Positions 26,946 to 58,386 are shown, counted from the stretch's first letter. The stretch is DNA of 64,000 nt from the human T2T-CHM13v2.0 reference genome, Homo sapiens (GCF_009914755.1 NC_060940.1); one strand, 5' to 3'. Translations and numbers: made by a program. Notes: generated by a model from the letters alone, not told the origin.

Positions 26946-27147
26946 TGATGAGGAACTCGGAGAGAGAGGCAAATAATAATGTGATTGACCGATTGGCAGT
27001 GGTAATCATACAGTAGCTAACATTCATTATACTCTCTGTATGGCAAGGACTGCTCTAAAAGCTTTACATTAAGTATTCACCAACAACCCTATGAGATGGA
27101 TACTTACATGCAATTGTCTCAAGTAAAATTGTATTTAAAAACATACT

Positions 27148-30515
<3,368 letters not shown>

Positions 30516-30964
30516 GCCTGCCTGTTTCTTAAGGCATTGTCTATGGGCGCTTTTACACGGCAACAGAGGAATTGAGAAGCTGCAACAGAACTCACTTAAA
30601 ATATTTTACCCGGCACTTGAAGAAAACATTTGTCCACTCTTGAATTCTTTTTCATACTTTTTCTAGGCCACAGGTATATTATTAACAGATTAACCATTAT
30701 TTTTTTTTTCAGCTATAGCCAATAATAATAAAAAAGAGCAACTCACATTGATGGTGCCCTTATTGTGTGTGTGTCGTTTCATGGCATCCTGAAGACAGCT
30801 GAGAGACAGATGTGATCATGCCTGTTTTACAGATGGAAACTGAGGTTTGGAGGGTTGAAGTTGCTTCTGAGTAAATGGCTGAGTCAGTGCAACTTGACCC
30901 CAGTTCTGCTCCACTCACCCAACGTTGCTCAGCCGTTTTCGGTTGTTTCAGTTTCACTGCAGAC

Positions 30965-31203
30965 ACTTCTCTGTTCTCCCCCTGCCCTCCTTCTCTCCCC
31001 CAAACTCTCTCTCTTCCTTCTCCTCCTTTCTCTTCTTCTGCTCCCCAATCCCCCTCCTCCTCTTTCATCTTCTTCCTCCTCCTCCTTCCTCCTCCCAGCC
31101 CTCCTCCTCCTCCTCAACCTCCTCCCCTTCTATCTCCTCCCCCTCCTCCTCTTTCTTCTCCCTCGCCCTCCTCTCTTCTTTTCTCTCCCCCAACCCCCTC
31201 TCT
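30965..31203. repeat. CT-rich / (CCT)n low-complexity tract
   Basis: Almost purine-free on the + strand. Confidence 0.9.
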
Positions 31204-31927
31204 ACTGGGCCTTTGCATGTGCCCATCCCCCAGCCTGGAAACTTCCTCCTGTTCTGGTTAATTTCTGCTCATTCTCCAGGTCTCAGTCTACCTTTTTGTT
31301 GTCGTTGTTGTTGTTGTTGAGACGGAGTCTCGTTCTGTTGCCCAGGCTGGAGTGCAGTGGTGCGATCTCGGCTCACCGCAAGCCCCGCCTCCCAGGTTCA
31401 CGCCATTCTCCTGCCTCAGCCTCCCGAGTAGCTGGGACTACAGGTGTGCGCCACTGCACCTGGCTAATTTTTCGTATTTTTAGTAGAGATGCGGTTTCAC
31501 CATGTTGGCCAGGCTGGTCTCAAACTCCTGGGCTCAAGCGATCCACTTGCCTCAGCCTCCCAAAGTGCTGGGATTACAGGCATGAGCCACCGTGCCTGGT
31601 CTCCAGGTCTGTTTAAATGTCATTTCTTCCTAAAGCTTTCCTGGCTAATTCGATTCTTCTTCTCAAATGTATCTTGGGGGGTGAAAGGTCTGAGAAGAGG
31701 GAGGGGCATAGAGATAAAGGAAGCTTCCAACAGAGGTGCATCACCAATGCCCTTCTCCCAGGTCCGAGGTCATACCCCTGGCTCGAGGGGAGGCGGCTTC
31801 CGATGCCTGGTCCATGCTGGGGTATCAAGTTCCAGCCCTCTCACCCCAGTTTGGGACAATTCTGTAGGACCGCCTCACTGGCAGAGCTTGCTGAGGGAGT
31901 AAGCTGAGGCCTTTGTAGGCCACAAGG

Positions 31928-33360
31928 TTGAGACCAGCCTGAGCATCATAGTAGGGCCTTGTTTCTATGAAAACATTTTTTTAAAAAATGAAACTTCCCA
32001 CATGACAATTTTTTTTTTGAGACGGAGTCTCACTCTGTCACCCAGGCTGGAGTGCAATGGTGCGATCTCAGCTCACTGCCACTTCCGCCTCCCAGGTTCA
32101 AGTGATTCTCATCTCAGCCTCTCAAGTAGCTGAGATTACAGGTGCCCACCACCACACCTGGCTAATTTTTATATATTTTAGTAGAGATGGGGTCTCGCCA
32201 TGTTGGCCAGGCTGGTCTTGAACTCCTGACTTCAAGTGATCCGCTCATCTCTGCCTCCCAAAGTGCTGGGATTACAGCCATGAGCCACAGCGCCCGGCTT
32301 CCCCATGACAATTTTAAACATGAGAACTATGTATATGCCACAGTCTGGAACTTGGGATCTCAAATAATCTTGGATTCCTTGTTCTCAGTCCCCATACAGA
32401 AGGGAGGAGGGCTGGCCTTTGGACTCCCCCAAATCTGGGTTCGAATCCCAGCTCCACCACTGCAAGTCTGGTTGCTCTGGATCAGTTACTTAACGTTCTC
32501 TAAATGTCAGTTACATCCGTGAGATAAGCTACCTCGCGGGACTTCATTCAGTCCTTCTTCAAATATCTGTAGAATATTTGTAGGCTGAGGCCTTTGCTGG
32601 GACCGTGGAGAAGCCCAACTTCCTCCTCCCTTTCCCCCACTTCCTAGGCTTTGATCCAGCCCTGGAGCCTTGATCGAATTGATCTCTCTTTCAAGTCTTC
32701 CAGGGAGGCTGTGACTCAATCCTAGAAACCAGGGGCAGGTCCAGGCTGCCTGTGGTCTACTTGCTCCACTTCCTCAGGTGCTCAAGGGTGACTCATCACT
32801 CAGTAAGTTCAGAGCAGAGGGCGTTCTCCTCAATGTGTGCCAGGAGCACAGCAGGAATGTAGGCACCCTCAGAGCTCCCCAGAATTCCCTAACCCTGGAC
32901 CACACTGTGGCATTGCAGCCTATGTGGGGCTGAGGCTCTGTTTCACATTGGGTGCCCAATGGACTGCTTTACAGGACAGATGCCTTGTTATCCTGCTCTG
33001 CTCCGGTAGAACAAATATTTGTAGAAGGACCGAATGAAGTCCTGCAAGGTAGCTCATCTCACAGACGAAACTGATGTTTAGAGAACATTAAATAACTGGC
33101 CCAGAGCAACCAGACTTAAAGTGGTGGAGCTGGGATTCAAACCCAGATTTGGGGGAGTCCAAAGGCCAGCCCTCCTCCCTTCTGTATGGGGACTGAGAAC
33201 ACGGAATCCATGACCATTTGAGATCCCAAGTTCCAGACTGTGGCATGTACATAGTTCTCATGATTAAAATTGTCACGTGAGAAGTTTCATTAAAATTTTT
33301 TTTTTTTTTTTTTTTTTTTGTAGAGACAAGGTCTCACTATGTTGTCCAGGCTGGTCTCAA
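31928..33360. repeat. Local inverted duplication: arms 32305-32570 and 33011-33276, extending to 31928-32009 and 33277-33360; AluS inserted in the left arm (32010-32299)
   Basis: Manual ungapped alignment gives about 25 mismatches in 266 bp; 440-bp spacer. Confidence 0.93.
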
Positions 33361-34519
33361 GCTCCTGACCTCAAGCGATCCTCCTGCCTCAGCCTACCAA
33401 ATTGTTGGGATTGTAGGTGTGAACCACTGCACTCTGCCCAGAGGTTTCAAAGTGAACTTTTTTTCTTTAATCAAGATGGGGTCTCACTATGTTGCCCAGA
33501 CTGGTCTCAAACTCCTGAGCTCAAGCGATCCTCCCGCCTTGGCATCCCAAATTGCTGGGCTTACAGGCATGAGCCACTGCACCTGGCCTCAAAGTGGAAT
33601 GTTTTTAGTGGGGGGAAGGTGCTGGATATTACTGTCAGTCCTTTAGAGGAAGTAAAATAAATCCTACAGGTACATTGACATTCTCAGGTCACTTTCAGAG
33701 GGATGAGCAATAAATTCATTCAATGCCTTCTTTACTAAAAGCATTAGAGATAAAGAAATTCTGGAAGTAAATCTTGCTGAAATGCATTTTGTCAGGGGAA
33801 CTCAGTTGAACAAAAACTAAAGGTTGAGTTCAGAAAAGGTAAATGTCTTTTACCAAGATTTAGTTCTTTTCTTCCAGGTAGATATGCCTTTTCTTAGGAT
33901 CTGGAGTGAGAGGCTGTTGGAAAATAAGGGTTGGGGAAAGCCACAGATGGAATTTTACAAATTGGAGACAGCTACTTAATAGAAACGGCATCTCATCAGA
34001 CAAGTCAAGGCAACTGTTGAAAATATGACATGTCTCTCTATCAGCCATTCATGGCCCAGGACACTATGGCAACCAAATCCAAACTGCTGGTTCAAAGAGA
34101 TTAGTCTGAATCCCAAAAGAATCCTAATTCTCTCCTGATTTATTAAGGAAGAAAACAACAACCGCCTTTATTTGCAATATTATTGCATTGCATGCAATCC
34201 TAGGAAAAGGTGTGGCTGTTATTTTTGAAGAAGTACTCACCCTATACTAGATACAGTATGAAACATTATTCATGCGTCATTGCATTTATTTCTCACGTGA
34301 TCTCAAGAGGTAGATGCTACTGTCATCCTGATTTTAAGATGAAGAAAGCAAGCCTTAGGGAGTTAAAGGGAACTGCCCAAGGTCAAACAGCTGGAAAGAG
34401 ACTTGGCCAGACGCAAAAACAGTCTGATGCCCGGTTCAAGGTCCTTTAGTTTCATCTGTCCAGTAAGTAGACAGAGTATTTGATACTTGGGCTGGACTAG
34501 ACAAATCTATGATGTGTAA

Positions 34520-40180
<5,661 letters not shown>

Positions 40181-40312
40181 GTTTGCGTTTTAACTTTTCA
40201 TTAATGCATTCATTCATTCAAAAGATATTATTGGCCAGGTGCAGTGGCTCAAACCTATAATCACAGCACCTTGGGAGGCTGAGGCGGATGGATCACCTGA
40301 GGTCTGGAGTTA

Positions 40313-40513
<201 letters not shown>

Positions 40514-41466
40514 TCAAAAAAAAAAAAAAAAAAAAAAAAGTCACACCATGTCAGTTCCACAGTAGCCTCAAGCTCATCTGGATTCAACGGAAGGGAACAC
40601 AGGCCACCCTTCTCAATAAGAGTGTAAGATCACTTTGTTTACATTTTAACCTTTTATTCATGCATGCGTTCATTCAAAAGATATTATTGAGCATCTACTC
40701 ATGAATGAATAATTGTGGCCACTTTTGGAAAATACAAGTGCTACAGCTTCCCTGAGAAGATGATGTTGGGGCTGACAGCTGAAGGATAAGCAGGTGTTAC
40801 TTAGGCACAGGTATGGAAGAGCATTCAAAAAACACAGAACAACGTGTTCAAAAGACCCGGGGGAACAATTAGCACACTGGAGGAACTTAAGGCGGCCTTG
40901 AGTGGCAGAGGCAGAGAGAAAGGCACTTGTCTGTTGTGTGCTTTCCATGACTGCTGTTTCCACTCAGCCTTCATTGTCCATTTTTTCAGAAACAGTACCC
41001 TAAATTCCCTTTGGGGAACCATTGACTCACCCGCCCTCAGCCCTCTCAGTGGGGCTGGCTGCAGGGGTGGGTGTTAAGACCCAGGTCTAGCCATTCAAGA
41101 CAGTTCACCCAGCCTCGCCAGTCTCACTGATTGGTTCGGGTGTGGTCATGTGACACTCAGAAGGGCCAATGAGGCTCAAACCCAAGACATCTGCTGCAGC
41201 TATTGGACAAGACAGAGTGTATTGCCTTGGGGTTGCTAGGTAGGATAGAGGCAGGAGTGGTTGGGTGTCACCTTTGCCTCTGCCAGAGAATAACCTGTTG
41301 AAATGACACCAACAAAGAGAAAGTAGAACGAAGTGACACAGACCATTGAGCTCCTGGACTATGACCAAAGCCAGCTCTGCCACTGGACATTTTAGATTCA
41401 TGGGCCAATACATGATGGTTTAGGCTAATTTGAATTTCTGTCACCTGGAATCAAGAGTACTGTTTA

Positions 41467-41796
<330 letters not shown>

Positions 41797-42749
41797 CTAT
41801 GGTTAGGATTTTTCTCTTCCTGTCCCTAACTACACATTCTCCATTCCTGGTTCTTACGTACCACTTCAGAAGCCTCCAGCACTTCATCTGGCCTCTCTTC
41901 CTTCTCTCTCTCTTTCATTTCTTATTTTTTTTGAGACAGAGTCTCGATCTGTCACCCAGGCTGGAGCGCAGTGGCGCAATCTTGGCTCACTGCAACCTCC
42001 ACCTCCAAGGCTCAAGTGATCCTCCAGCCTCAGCCTCCTGAGTAGCTGGGATTACAGGCACACACCACCACTCCAAGCTAACTTTTTGTATTTTTAGTAG
42101 AGACTGGTTTTTGCCATGTTGCCCAGGCTGGTCCCAAACTTCTGGCCCCAAACTTCTGGCAGATCAAGTGATCCACCTACCTCGGCCTCCCAAAGTGCTG
42201 GGATTACAGGTGTGAGCCACTGCATCTAGCCTTCTCTCTTTTTTTTGTGATCAATAAATGTTTGTTTATTGCATCTTGGTCTGAATGTCATATTAAATTT
42301 GGGGTTCCAAAAAACTCTAGAAAACATTTATGAGAACTTGGGAGGTGGAGGTTGCAGTGAGCCGAGATCGCGCCACTGCACTCCAGCCTGGGTGACAGAT
42401 TGACACTTCGTCTCGCCAAAAAAAACAAACAAACAAAAAAAAAAAACAAAAAAAGAAAAAAAGAACTAAATGTCCCTGAATATAAAATGGTAGGTAAGAA
42501 CAGTAATTGGCTTGTCGATCAATGATGAATCAAACAGAAAATGCGTGACAGATTATGGGGAAGTTTAAAATGTCCAAATATTATGTCCCAGAAGAATTTG
42601 TCTAGATAATAGATCTTCCTCAGTCCCTTTCAGGGGATGGATGGATAGTGGACATACTTGGGCAGGTTTATTCAGGGTAAGCTGGAGGAATGTGTCAAAT
42701 AGGTAGCTACCTATCTGATTTACTTTCATCCTATTTTTTCTGCTCTTAA

Positions 42750-42983
<234 letters not shown>

Positions 42984-44246
42984 TAGAGGCATGTGCCACC
43001 ACACCTAGCTAATTTTTGTATTTTTAGTAGAGACAGGGTTTCATCATGTTGGCCAGGCTGGTCTCGAACTTCTGATCTTGTGATCTGCCCGCCTTGGCCT
43101 CCCAAAGTGCTGGGATTACAGGCGTGAGCCACCGTGCCTAGCCTATTTTTTTTCTTTTTCTTTTTCTTTTTTTAAGATGAAGTCACTCTCTGTTGCACAG
43201 GCTGGAGTGCAGTAGCACGATCTTGGCTCACTGCATCTTTTGCCTCCTGGGTTCAAGCGATTCTCAGCCTCCTGAGTAGCTAGGACTATAGGCGCGCGCC
43301 ACCACGCCTGGCTAATTTTTGTATTTTTTTACAGAGGGGGTTTCACTATGTTGGCCAGGCTGGTCTCGAACTCCTGACCTGAAGTGATCCACCCAACTTG
43401 GCCTCCCGAAGCGCTGGGACTACAGGCATGAGTCACCACGCCTGGCCAAAAAAAAGATTAATCTTAAACATAACCAGAAGTCTAGATGTTTGACAGGTTT
43501 ATTTATTTATTGAGACAAGGTCTAGCTCTGTTGCCCAGGCTGGAGTGCAGTGGCGTGATCTCTTGGGTCACTGCAACCTCCACCTGTGGGTTCAAGACAC
43601 CCTCCCATCTCAGCCTCCTGAGTAGCTGGGACTACCTGCCTGGCTAAGTTTTGTATTTTTAGTAGAGACCAGGTTTCACCATGTTGCCCAGGCTGGTCTT
43701 GAACTCCTGGCCTCAAGTGATCCAGCACCTGGCCTCCTAAAGTTCTGGGATTACAGGCGTTGGCCACCATGCCTGGTCAGTTTGGCAGGTTTAAGGGTTG
43801 ACTTATGCCTGTGACTGTGGCTATCTTTCTTTATATTCTCATGGCTTACCCCAGGCTGGCCACTTGTAATATATGGTCATCTTAACCAAATTAGAAAAAG
43901 GTATTCCAGTTGATGTGGTGGCTCACGCCTGTAGTCCCAGCACTTTGGGAGACCAAGGTGGGTAGGTCTCTTGAGCCCAGGAGTTTGAGATCAGCCTGGG
44001 CAACATAACAAGACCTCGTCTCTACAAAAAATACAAAAATTAGCTGGGCATGATTGTGCATGCCTGTAGTCACAGCTACTCGAGAGGCTGAGGTGGAGCC
44101 CAGAAGGCAGAGGTTGTAGTGAGCCAAGATGGGACCACTGCACCCCAGCCTGGGCAACAGAGCCAACCTGTCTTAAAAAACAAAAAACAAAAAACCTGAC
44201 ATGGGACTTTGAATATTCTAGTATTGAATGAATGAGGAATAAAGAG

Positions 44247-44485
44247 ATGGATGGGTGGATGGATGGACGGACAGATGAATGAATTGATAGATGGATGAGT
44301 TGAATGGGTGATGGAAGGATGGATGGATGGACAGGTGGATGAATGGATGGATGGGTGGTGGATGAATGGATGGACAACTGAATGAATGAATGAATGAATA
44401 GATTGACAAGTGGATGGGTGATGGGTGGAAGGATAGATGGTCAGATGGATGGGCCATGGACGGATGAACGGACAGATGGATGAGA
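44247..44485. repeat. Degenerate (GGAT)n/(GAAT)n satellite-like tract
   Basis: Read directly from the sequence. Confidence 0.92.
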
Positions 44486-44699
44486 GAGAGAGAGAGATTC
44501 CTCTGGGCAGCAGACAATTTCCTTAAAAACAAACAAACAAAATCTCCTTTTTCGGGAAGATACAACCACACATACGGGCTGAATGTCAGCCCCCAATCAT
44601 CTACTCGGCACTTCCATAGCACAGGGCACAATTTTGGGCAAGTGCTCATTTCGTGAGGACCACAGACAGGCACCATTTTTTTAAGGGTTGGTGGGATGA

Positions 44700-45197
<498 letters not shown>

Positions 45198-45830
45198 TAG
45201 TAGAGATGGGGTTTTACCATTTTGGCCAGGCTGGTCTTGAACCCCTGACCTTAGGCGATCCGCCTACCTCGGCCTCCGAAAGTGTTGGGATTACAGGTGT
45301 GAGCCACCGCGCCCGGCCTTCTTTCTTTTTTTGAGGTAAGATTCACAAAACATTTTTAAAATCACCCTTTGGGGCCAGGCATGGTGGTGTGTGCCTGTAG
45401 TTCCAGCCACTAGGGAGGCTGAGGCAGGAGGATCACTTGGGCCCAGGAGCCTGAAGTGCGCTATGATCACTCCACTGTACTTCAGCGTGGGTGACAGAGT
45501 GATACCCTGTCTCAAAAAAAAAAAAAAAATCACCATTTAAAGTGAATAGTTCACTGTTTTTTGTCACATTCACAATGTTCCACAGCTATCATCACTATCT
45601 AGAACATTTTTACCACAGCAAAACAAAAGAAAAAAACAAAAAGCAAAACAAAAAACAAAAAACCATAACCATTAAGCAAACATTCTCCATTCCGCCCCTC
45701 CTCCTAGGCCCTGAGAACCACAATCTACTTCCTGTCTCTCCGGCTTTGCTTATTCCGTGTGTTTCATCCCATATAAATATATTCATAAAATATGTGGTCT
45801 TTTGTGTCTGTGTCTGTTTCCTTCCTCTCC

Positions 45831-45893
<63 letters not shown>

Positions 45894-46540
45894 TTTCTTT
45901 CTTTCTTTCCACTTTCTTTTCTTTCTTCCTTTCTTTTTCTTTTTCTTTCCTCTTTTCTTTCATATCATGGCTCACTACAGCCTTGACCTCCCAGGTTGAA
46001 GAGATCCTGCCACCTCAGCCTCCCAAGTAGCTGGGACTACAGGTGTGCACCAGCACCCCTGGCTAATTTTTGTATTTTTTTGTAGAAACGTGCTGTTGCC
46101 ATGGTGCCTGGGCTGGTCTGGAACTCCTGAGCTCAAGCAATCTGCCCAACTCGGCCTCCCAAAGTGCTAGGATTACCAGTATGAGCCACTGCGCCTGACT
46201 GGGGTTCTTTTTTGTAGCATGATGTTTTCAAGGTTCATGCCAGTTGTAGCATGCATCAGTATTTTCTTCCTTTTCATGTCTGAATGATATTCCACTGCAT
46301 AGATAAACTAAATATTATTTATCCAGTCGTTAATTGATGGGCATTTGATTTGTTTCCACTTTATGGACCGTTACGAATAGTGCTGCTATGAGCATTTGTG
46401 TGCCAGTTAATGTTTGAACACCTGTATACTAGTATACACCCAGGCATTAAATTGCTGGGTCATATTGTAATTCTATGTTCAACTTTTTGAGGAACTGCCA
46501 AACTGTTTTCCATAGAGGCTGTACCATTTTACATTCCTAG

Positions 46541-46840
<300 letters not shown>

Positions 46841-47408
46841 TGAGCCATGGCGCCTGGCTGTAATTTTCCATTTTTAAAAATTATAACCATTCTATTGTGT
46901 GTGAAGTGGCATCTCTTTGTGGTTTTTATTTGCATTTCCCTAATAACGAATGATGTTGAGCATCTGTTCACGTGCTTGTTGGCCATTTGTAGATCTTCTT
47001 TGGAGAAATGTCTTCAAATCCGGGGCCCATTTTTAAAAACTGGGTGCTTTGCTTTTTTTGTTGTTGAGTTGTAAAGTTCTTTACATATTCCAGACAGTAG
47101 AGCCTTATCAAATATGTGATTTGCAAATATTTTCTCTCATTCTGTGAACTGCCTTTTCTGTCCTTTGATACTGTTCTTTGATGCATAAAAGGTTTTAATT
47201 TTGATGAAGTCTAGTTTCTCAACCTTTGCTGTTGTCACTTGTGTTTTTGGTGTCATATTTAAGAAACCATTGCCAAGCCAAAGATAATGAAGATTTCCCT
47301 CTGGGCTCTCTTTTAAGTATTTTATAGTTTTAACTTTTATAATTTAGATGTTAATATTATGGCGTGAGTTCAAAGTCCAATTTCATTCTTTTGCATGTGG
47401 ATATCTCA

Positions 47409-47798
<390 letters not shown>

Positions 47799-48013
47799 TT
47801 AATCTAAGTGAAGTAACTCAGGAATGGAAAACCAAATATTGTATGTCCTCACTTATAAGTAGGAGCTAAGCTATGAGTACCCAAAGGCATACAGAGTGAT
47901 ATAAAGGACTTTGGAGTCTCAGAAGGGGGAGGATGAGAGGAGGGTATGGATGAAGACTACATGTTGGGTACATGTGTAACTACTTGGGTGATGATGGGTG
48001 CATTAAAATCTCA

Positions 48014-48619
<606 letters not shown>

Positions 48620-49109
48620 TTAGCCAGGTGTGGTGGCACGTGCCTATACTCCCAGCTACTAGCTATGTGGGAGGCTGAGGTGGGAGGATTGCTTGAGCCC
48701 AGGAGGTAGTGGTTACAATGAACTGTGATTGCACCACTGCACTCCAGCCAGGGCAACAGAGAAAATGCTGTCTCAAAAGAAAAAATCAATTGACTATAGA
48801 TGTATGGGTCATTTCCAGACTTTCAGTTCTATTCCACTAATCTATATGCCTATCCTCATACCAGTATCACACCTTTTGATTATTGTGGCTTTGTAGTAAA
48901 TTCTGAAATCACCAAGTGTGAGTCTTCCAACTCTGCTCATTTTTCAAGATTGGCTCTTGGGTGCAATACCATGTGAATATTAGGTTTGAATTTTCCAGGT
49001 CTGCAAACAAGGACGTTGGGATTTTCATAGGGATTATATCAAGTCCATAGATCACTTTGGGATAGTATTATCATCTTAACAATATTAAGTCTTCTAATTC
49101 ATAAACACG

Positions 49110-49472
49110 TGTATTAGTCTGTTTTCATGCTGCTGATAAAGACATACCCAAGACTGGGGAGTTTACAAAAGAAATCGGTTTAATGGTCTTACAGTTCCAT
49201 GTGGCTAGGGAGGCCTCACAATCATGGTGGAAGGCGAAAGGCATTTTCTACATGGCGGTGGCAAGCGAGAGAATGAGAGCCAAGTGAAACGGGTTTCTCC
49301 TTATAAAACCATCAGATCTTGTCAGACTTATTCACTACCACAAGAACAGTACGGGAAAAACTGCCCCCATGATTCAATTATCTCCCCCTGGGTCCCTTCC
49401 ACAACACGTGGGAATCATGGGAGTACAATTCAAGATGAGATTTGGGTGGGGACAAAGAGCCAAACCATATCA
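49110..49472 (-). mobile_element. THE1 solo LTR
   Basis: tgtattagtc ... ccaaaccatatca, 363 bp, 5-bp TSD acacg/acatg. Confidence 0.92.
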
Positions 49473-49550
49473 ACATGTGACGTCGTCTTTCTATTTATTT
49501 AGGTCTTCGTATTTGCTTTCAGCCACGTTTTGTAGTTTTCAGGGCACTAG

Positions 49551-49844
<294 letters not shown>

Positions 49845-49847
49845 TAA

Positions 49848-50012
<165 letters not shown>

Positions 50013-50069
50013 TAATTTGTTGGCCTCAGCATAGGTAGATAATAATAAAACCTACATTTTAAAACATTA

Positions 50070-51804
<1,735 letters not shown>

Positions 51805-52160
51805 TCCATTCATATATCAATAAAAAATAGATCAATCAATCAATAAAACATTAAAGTGCAATGTCGACAAGAGGTGGTAAAAGCAGGCATCCTTGTGTTG
51901 TTCCTGGTCTTTGTGGGGAAATCTTTAAATTTGTAAGCCTTTCACTGTTGCATATGGTGTAAGTCTCTTCCTTTCTTTCTTTCTCCTTCCTTCCTTCTTT
52001 CCTTCCTTCCTTCCTTCCTTCTTTCTCTCTTCCTTCTTTTTCTTTCTTTCTATAAATAGAAACAGCAGGCCGGGCACGCTGGCTCAGCCTGTAATCCCAG
52101 CACTTTGGGAGGCCGAGGCAGGCGGATCACGAGGTCAGGAGATAGAGACCATCCTGGTTA

Positions 52161-52418
<258 letters not shown>

Positions 52419-52672
52419 TCAAACTTCTAGGCTCAAGCAATCTTCCCAAAGTACTGGGGTTACAGGAGTGAGTCACCTTGCCTGGCCTGGTGTAAGTTTT
52501 TTATATATGCCCTTTATCCTGTTGAAGAAGTTCTCTTCTGGTCTTTATTATTTCAGTATTCTTTGTTGTTGTTGTTGTTGTTTTGTTTTGTTTTGTTTTA
52601 AATCCTGAAAAGGTGTTGGGTTTTGTCAAAGGCTGTTTTCTACATTATCCCTTAATTCTATTAATGTTGTGA

Positions 52673-53023
<351 letters not shown>

Positions 53024-53967
53024 TGAGACAGGGTCTCACTTTGTCACCCAGGGTGGGGTGCAGTGGCACAAACATGGTTCACCGCAGCCTCAACCTCCCC
53101 AGCTCAAGTGATTCTCTCACCTCAGCATGCCAAGTAGCTGGGACTACAGTTGTGAGCCACTGCGCCCTGCCCTGATTTTCTTATAATGAATCACCCTTAC
53201 ATTCTTGGGATAAGTCTCATCTGTTAACACATATGTATAATATGTTTCTATGCTGCTGGATTTGATTTGCTAGTATTTTCTTTAGGATTTCTGCATCTAT
53301 ATTTATAAGGGACATTGGTCTATAGTTTCCTTTTCCTGTAATGTCATTGTGTGGCTTTGGTATCAGGGTAATGCTGGCCTCATAGAGTGGGTCAGAAATG
53401 TTGCCTCCTCTTCTAGTTTTGGGAAGATTTTAATAAGAATTGGCCTTAATTATTCAAATACCTGGTAGAATTCACCAATGGAGCCATCGGGTCCTGAGCT
53501 TTTCCTTACGGAACTTTAAAAAATTGTTACCAATTCCATCTCTTTCCTTGTTATAGATCTATTCCGACTTCCTAGTTTTTCTTGGGTTAGTCTTGGTAAT
53601 TTGTGTGTTTCTAGAAATTTGTACATTTCTTCCAGGTGTATTCAATTAATTGACATGTCATTGTTTATAGTATTCTCTTATAATCTTTTATTTTTGTAAG
53701 GGTTGTAGTAATCTTTGGTTCCTGATTTTAGTGGTTTGGGCCATCTCCATTCTTCTTCTGGGGGCATCAGTATTTCCAAAAGTTTAGCAATTTTGCTGAT
53801 TTGTTAAAGAACCAGTTTTTGGTTTTGTTGACTCTATTGCTTTTATAGAATACTATATTTTATTTATCTTCACTGTAATTTTTATTGTTTTTTTGCTGCT
53901 GCTTGCTTTCGGCATAGTTTGATCTTTTTCTAATCCCATAAGGTGGAAGAATGTATTATTTATTTGA

Positions 53968-54538
<571 letters not shown>

Positions 54539-54742
54539 TAGGTGACTACAGCTATAAATTTCCCTCTGAGCATTGTCTTTGCTGCATCTCATAAGTTTTG
54601 GTAAGTTGTACTGCTTTTTCATTCATCTCAAAATATTTAAAAATTTTTTTATGATGTCTTATTTTACTCATTGTTTATGTTAATTTCTACATAATCGTAT
54701 ATTTGTGAATCTAAAAATTTTCTTTCTCTTGTTGATTTCTAG

Positions 54743-56705
<1,963 letters not shown>

Positions 56706-56891
56706 AATTTTAAAATTTTTATTAATTAATTTATTAGAGACAAGGTCTCACTCTGTCACCCAGACTGGAATGCAATGGTATAATCATAGCTCACTGTAGC
56801 CTCAAATTCCTGGGCTTAACTGATCCTCTCGCTTCAGCCTCCTGAGTTGCTGGGACTACAGGCATGCACCACCATGCCCAGATAATTTTAA

Positions 56892-57038
<147 letters not shown>

Positions 57039-57118
57039 TAACAAAAAAATTCATTTTCTAAAAAAAAGAGTACTGTGGCCTCTATACAAAAATAAAGAAA
57101 AACAATTTAGCATAGTGA

Positions 57119-57538
<420 letters not shown>

Positions 57539-57861
57539 TGATACTTCAGTCAAAAGGAACTGCTTAGGACAGCTTGAATATGTCCCATAGTTACAGCCTG
57601 CAAGCCTTTTTCTTTGCTGTGCCATGTGCCTAAGACACCATCCTTCGTTTGTGTGTGTCAAAACCCCACCAGTCTGTCCTCTTAATCCCAACACCAATGT
57701 CCTGGGTGCCAATAAAGGCTTTCCTCACCTCCAAATTGAGATTTTATTGACCTCTCTTGGGGTGCTTATACTGGCTTTGGGTTGAAATCTATTTTTTCTC
57801 CTCTCCCTTGAAGAAGCACGTCTCTTTGCTTAAGGGAACGTAGAAGCCACAGCAGATCCTA

Positions 57862-58197
<336 letters not shown>

Positions 58198-58386
58198 TTA
58201 AAAAGTAATAAGAGACCGAGCACGGGAACTCAGGCCTGTAATCCCAGCACTTTGGGAGGCTGAGGCGGCCAGATCACTTGAGGCCAGAGAGTTGGAGACC
58301 AGCCTGGCCAACATGGGAAAACCCTGTCTCTACTAAAGATACAGAAATTAGCCGGGTGTGGTGGCAGGCACCTGTAATTGCAGCTA

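Noticed and set aside
30855-31616. 253-aa Leu/Pro/Ser-rich ORF, the longest in the window
   Set aside because: A stop-free CT-rich tract running into an Alu, with a non-ATG start.
32305-33276. DNA transposon or MITE with long terminal inverted repeats
   Set aside because: The arms contain MIR and Alu-monomer pieces, have ragged outer ends and show no flanking TSD; a local inverted duplication fits better.
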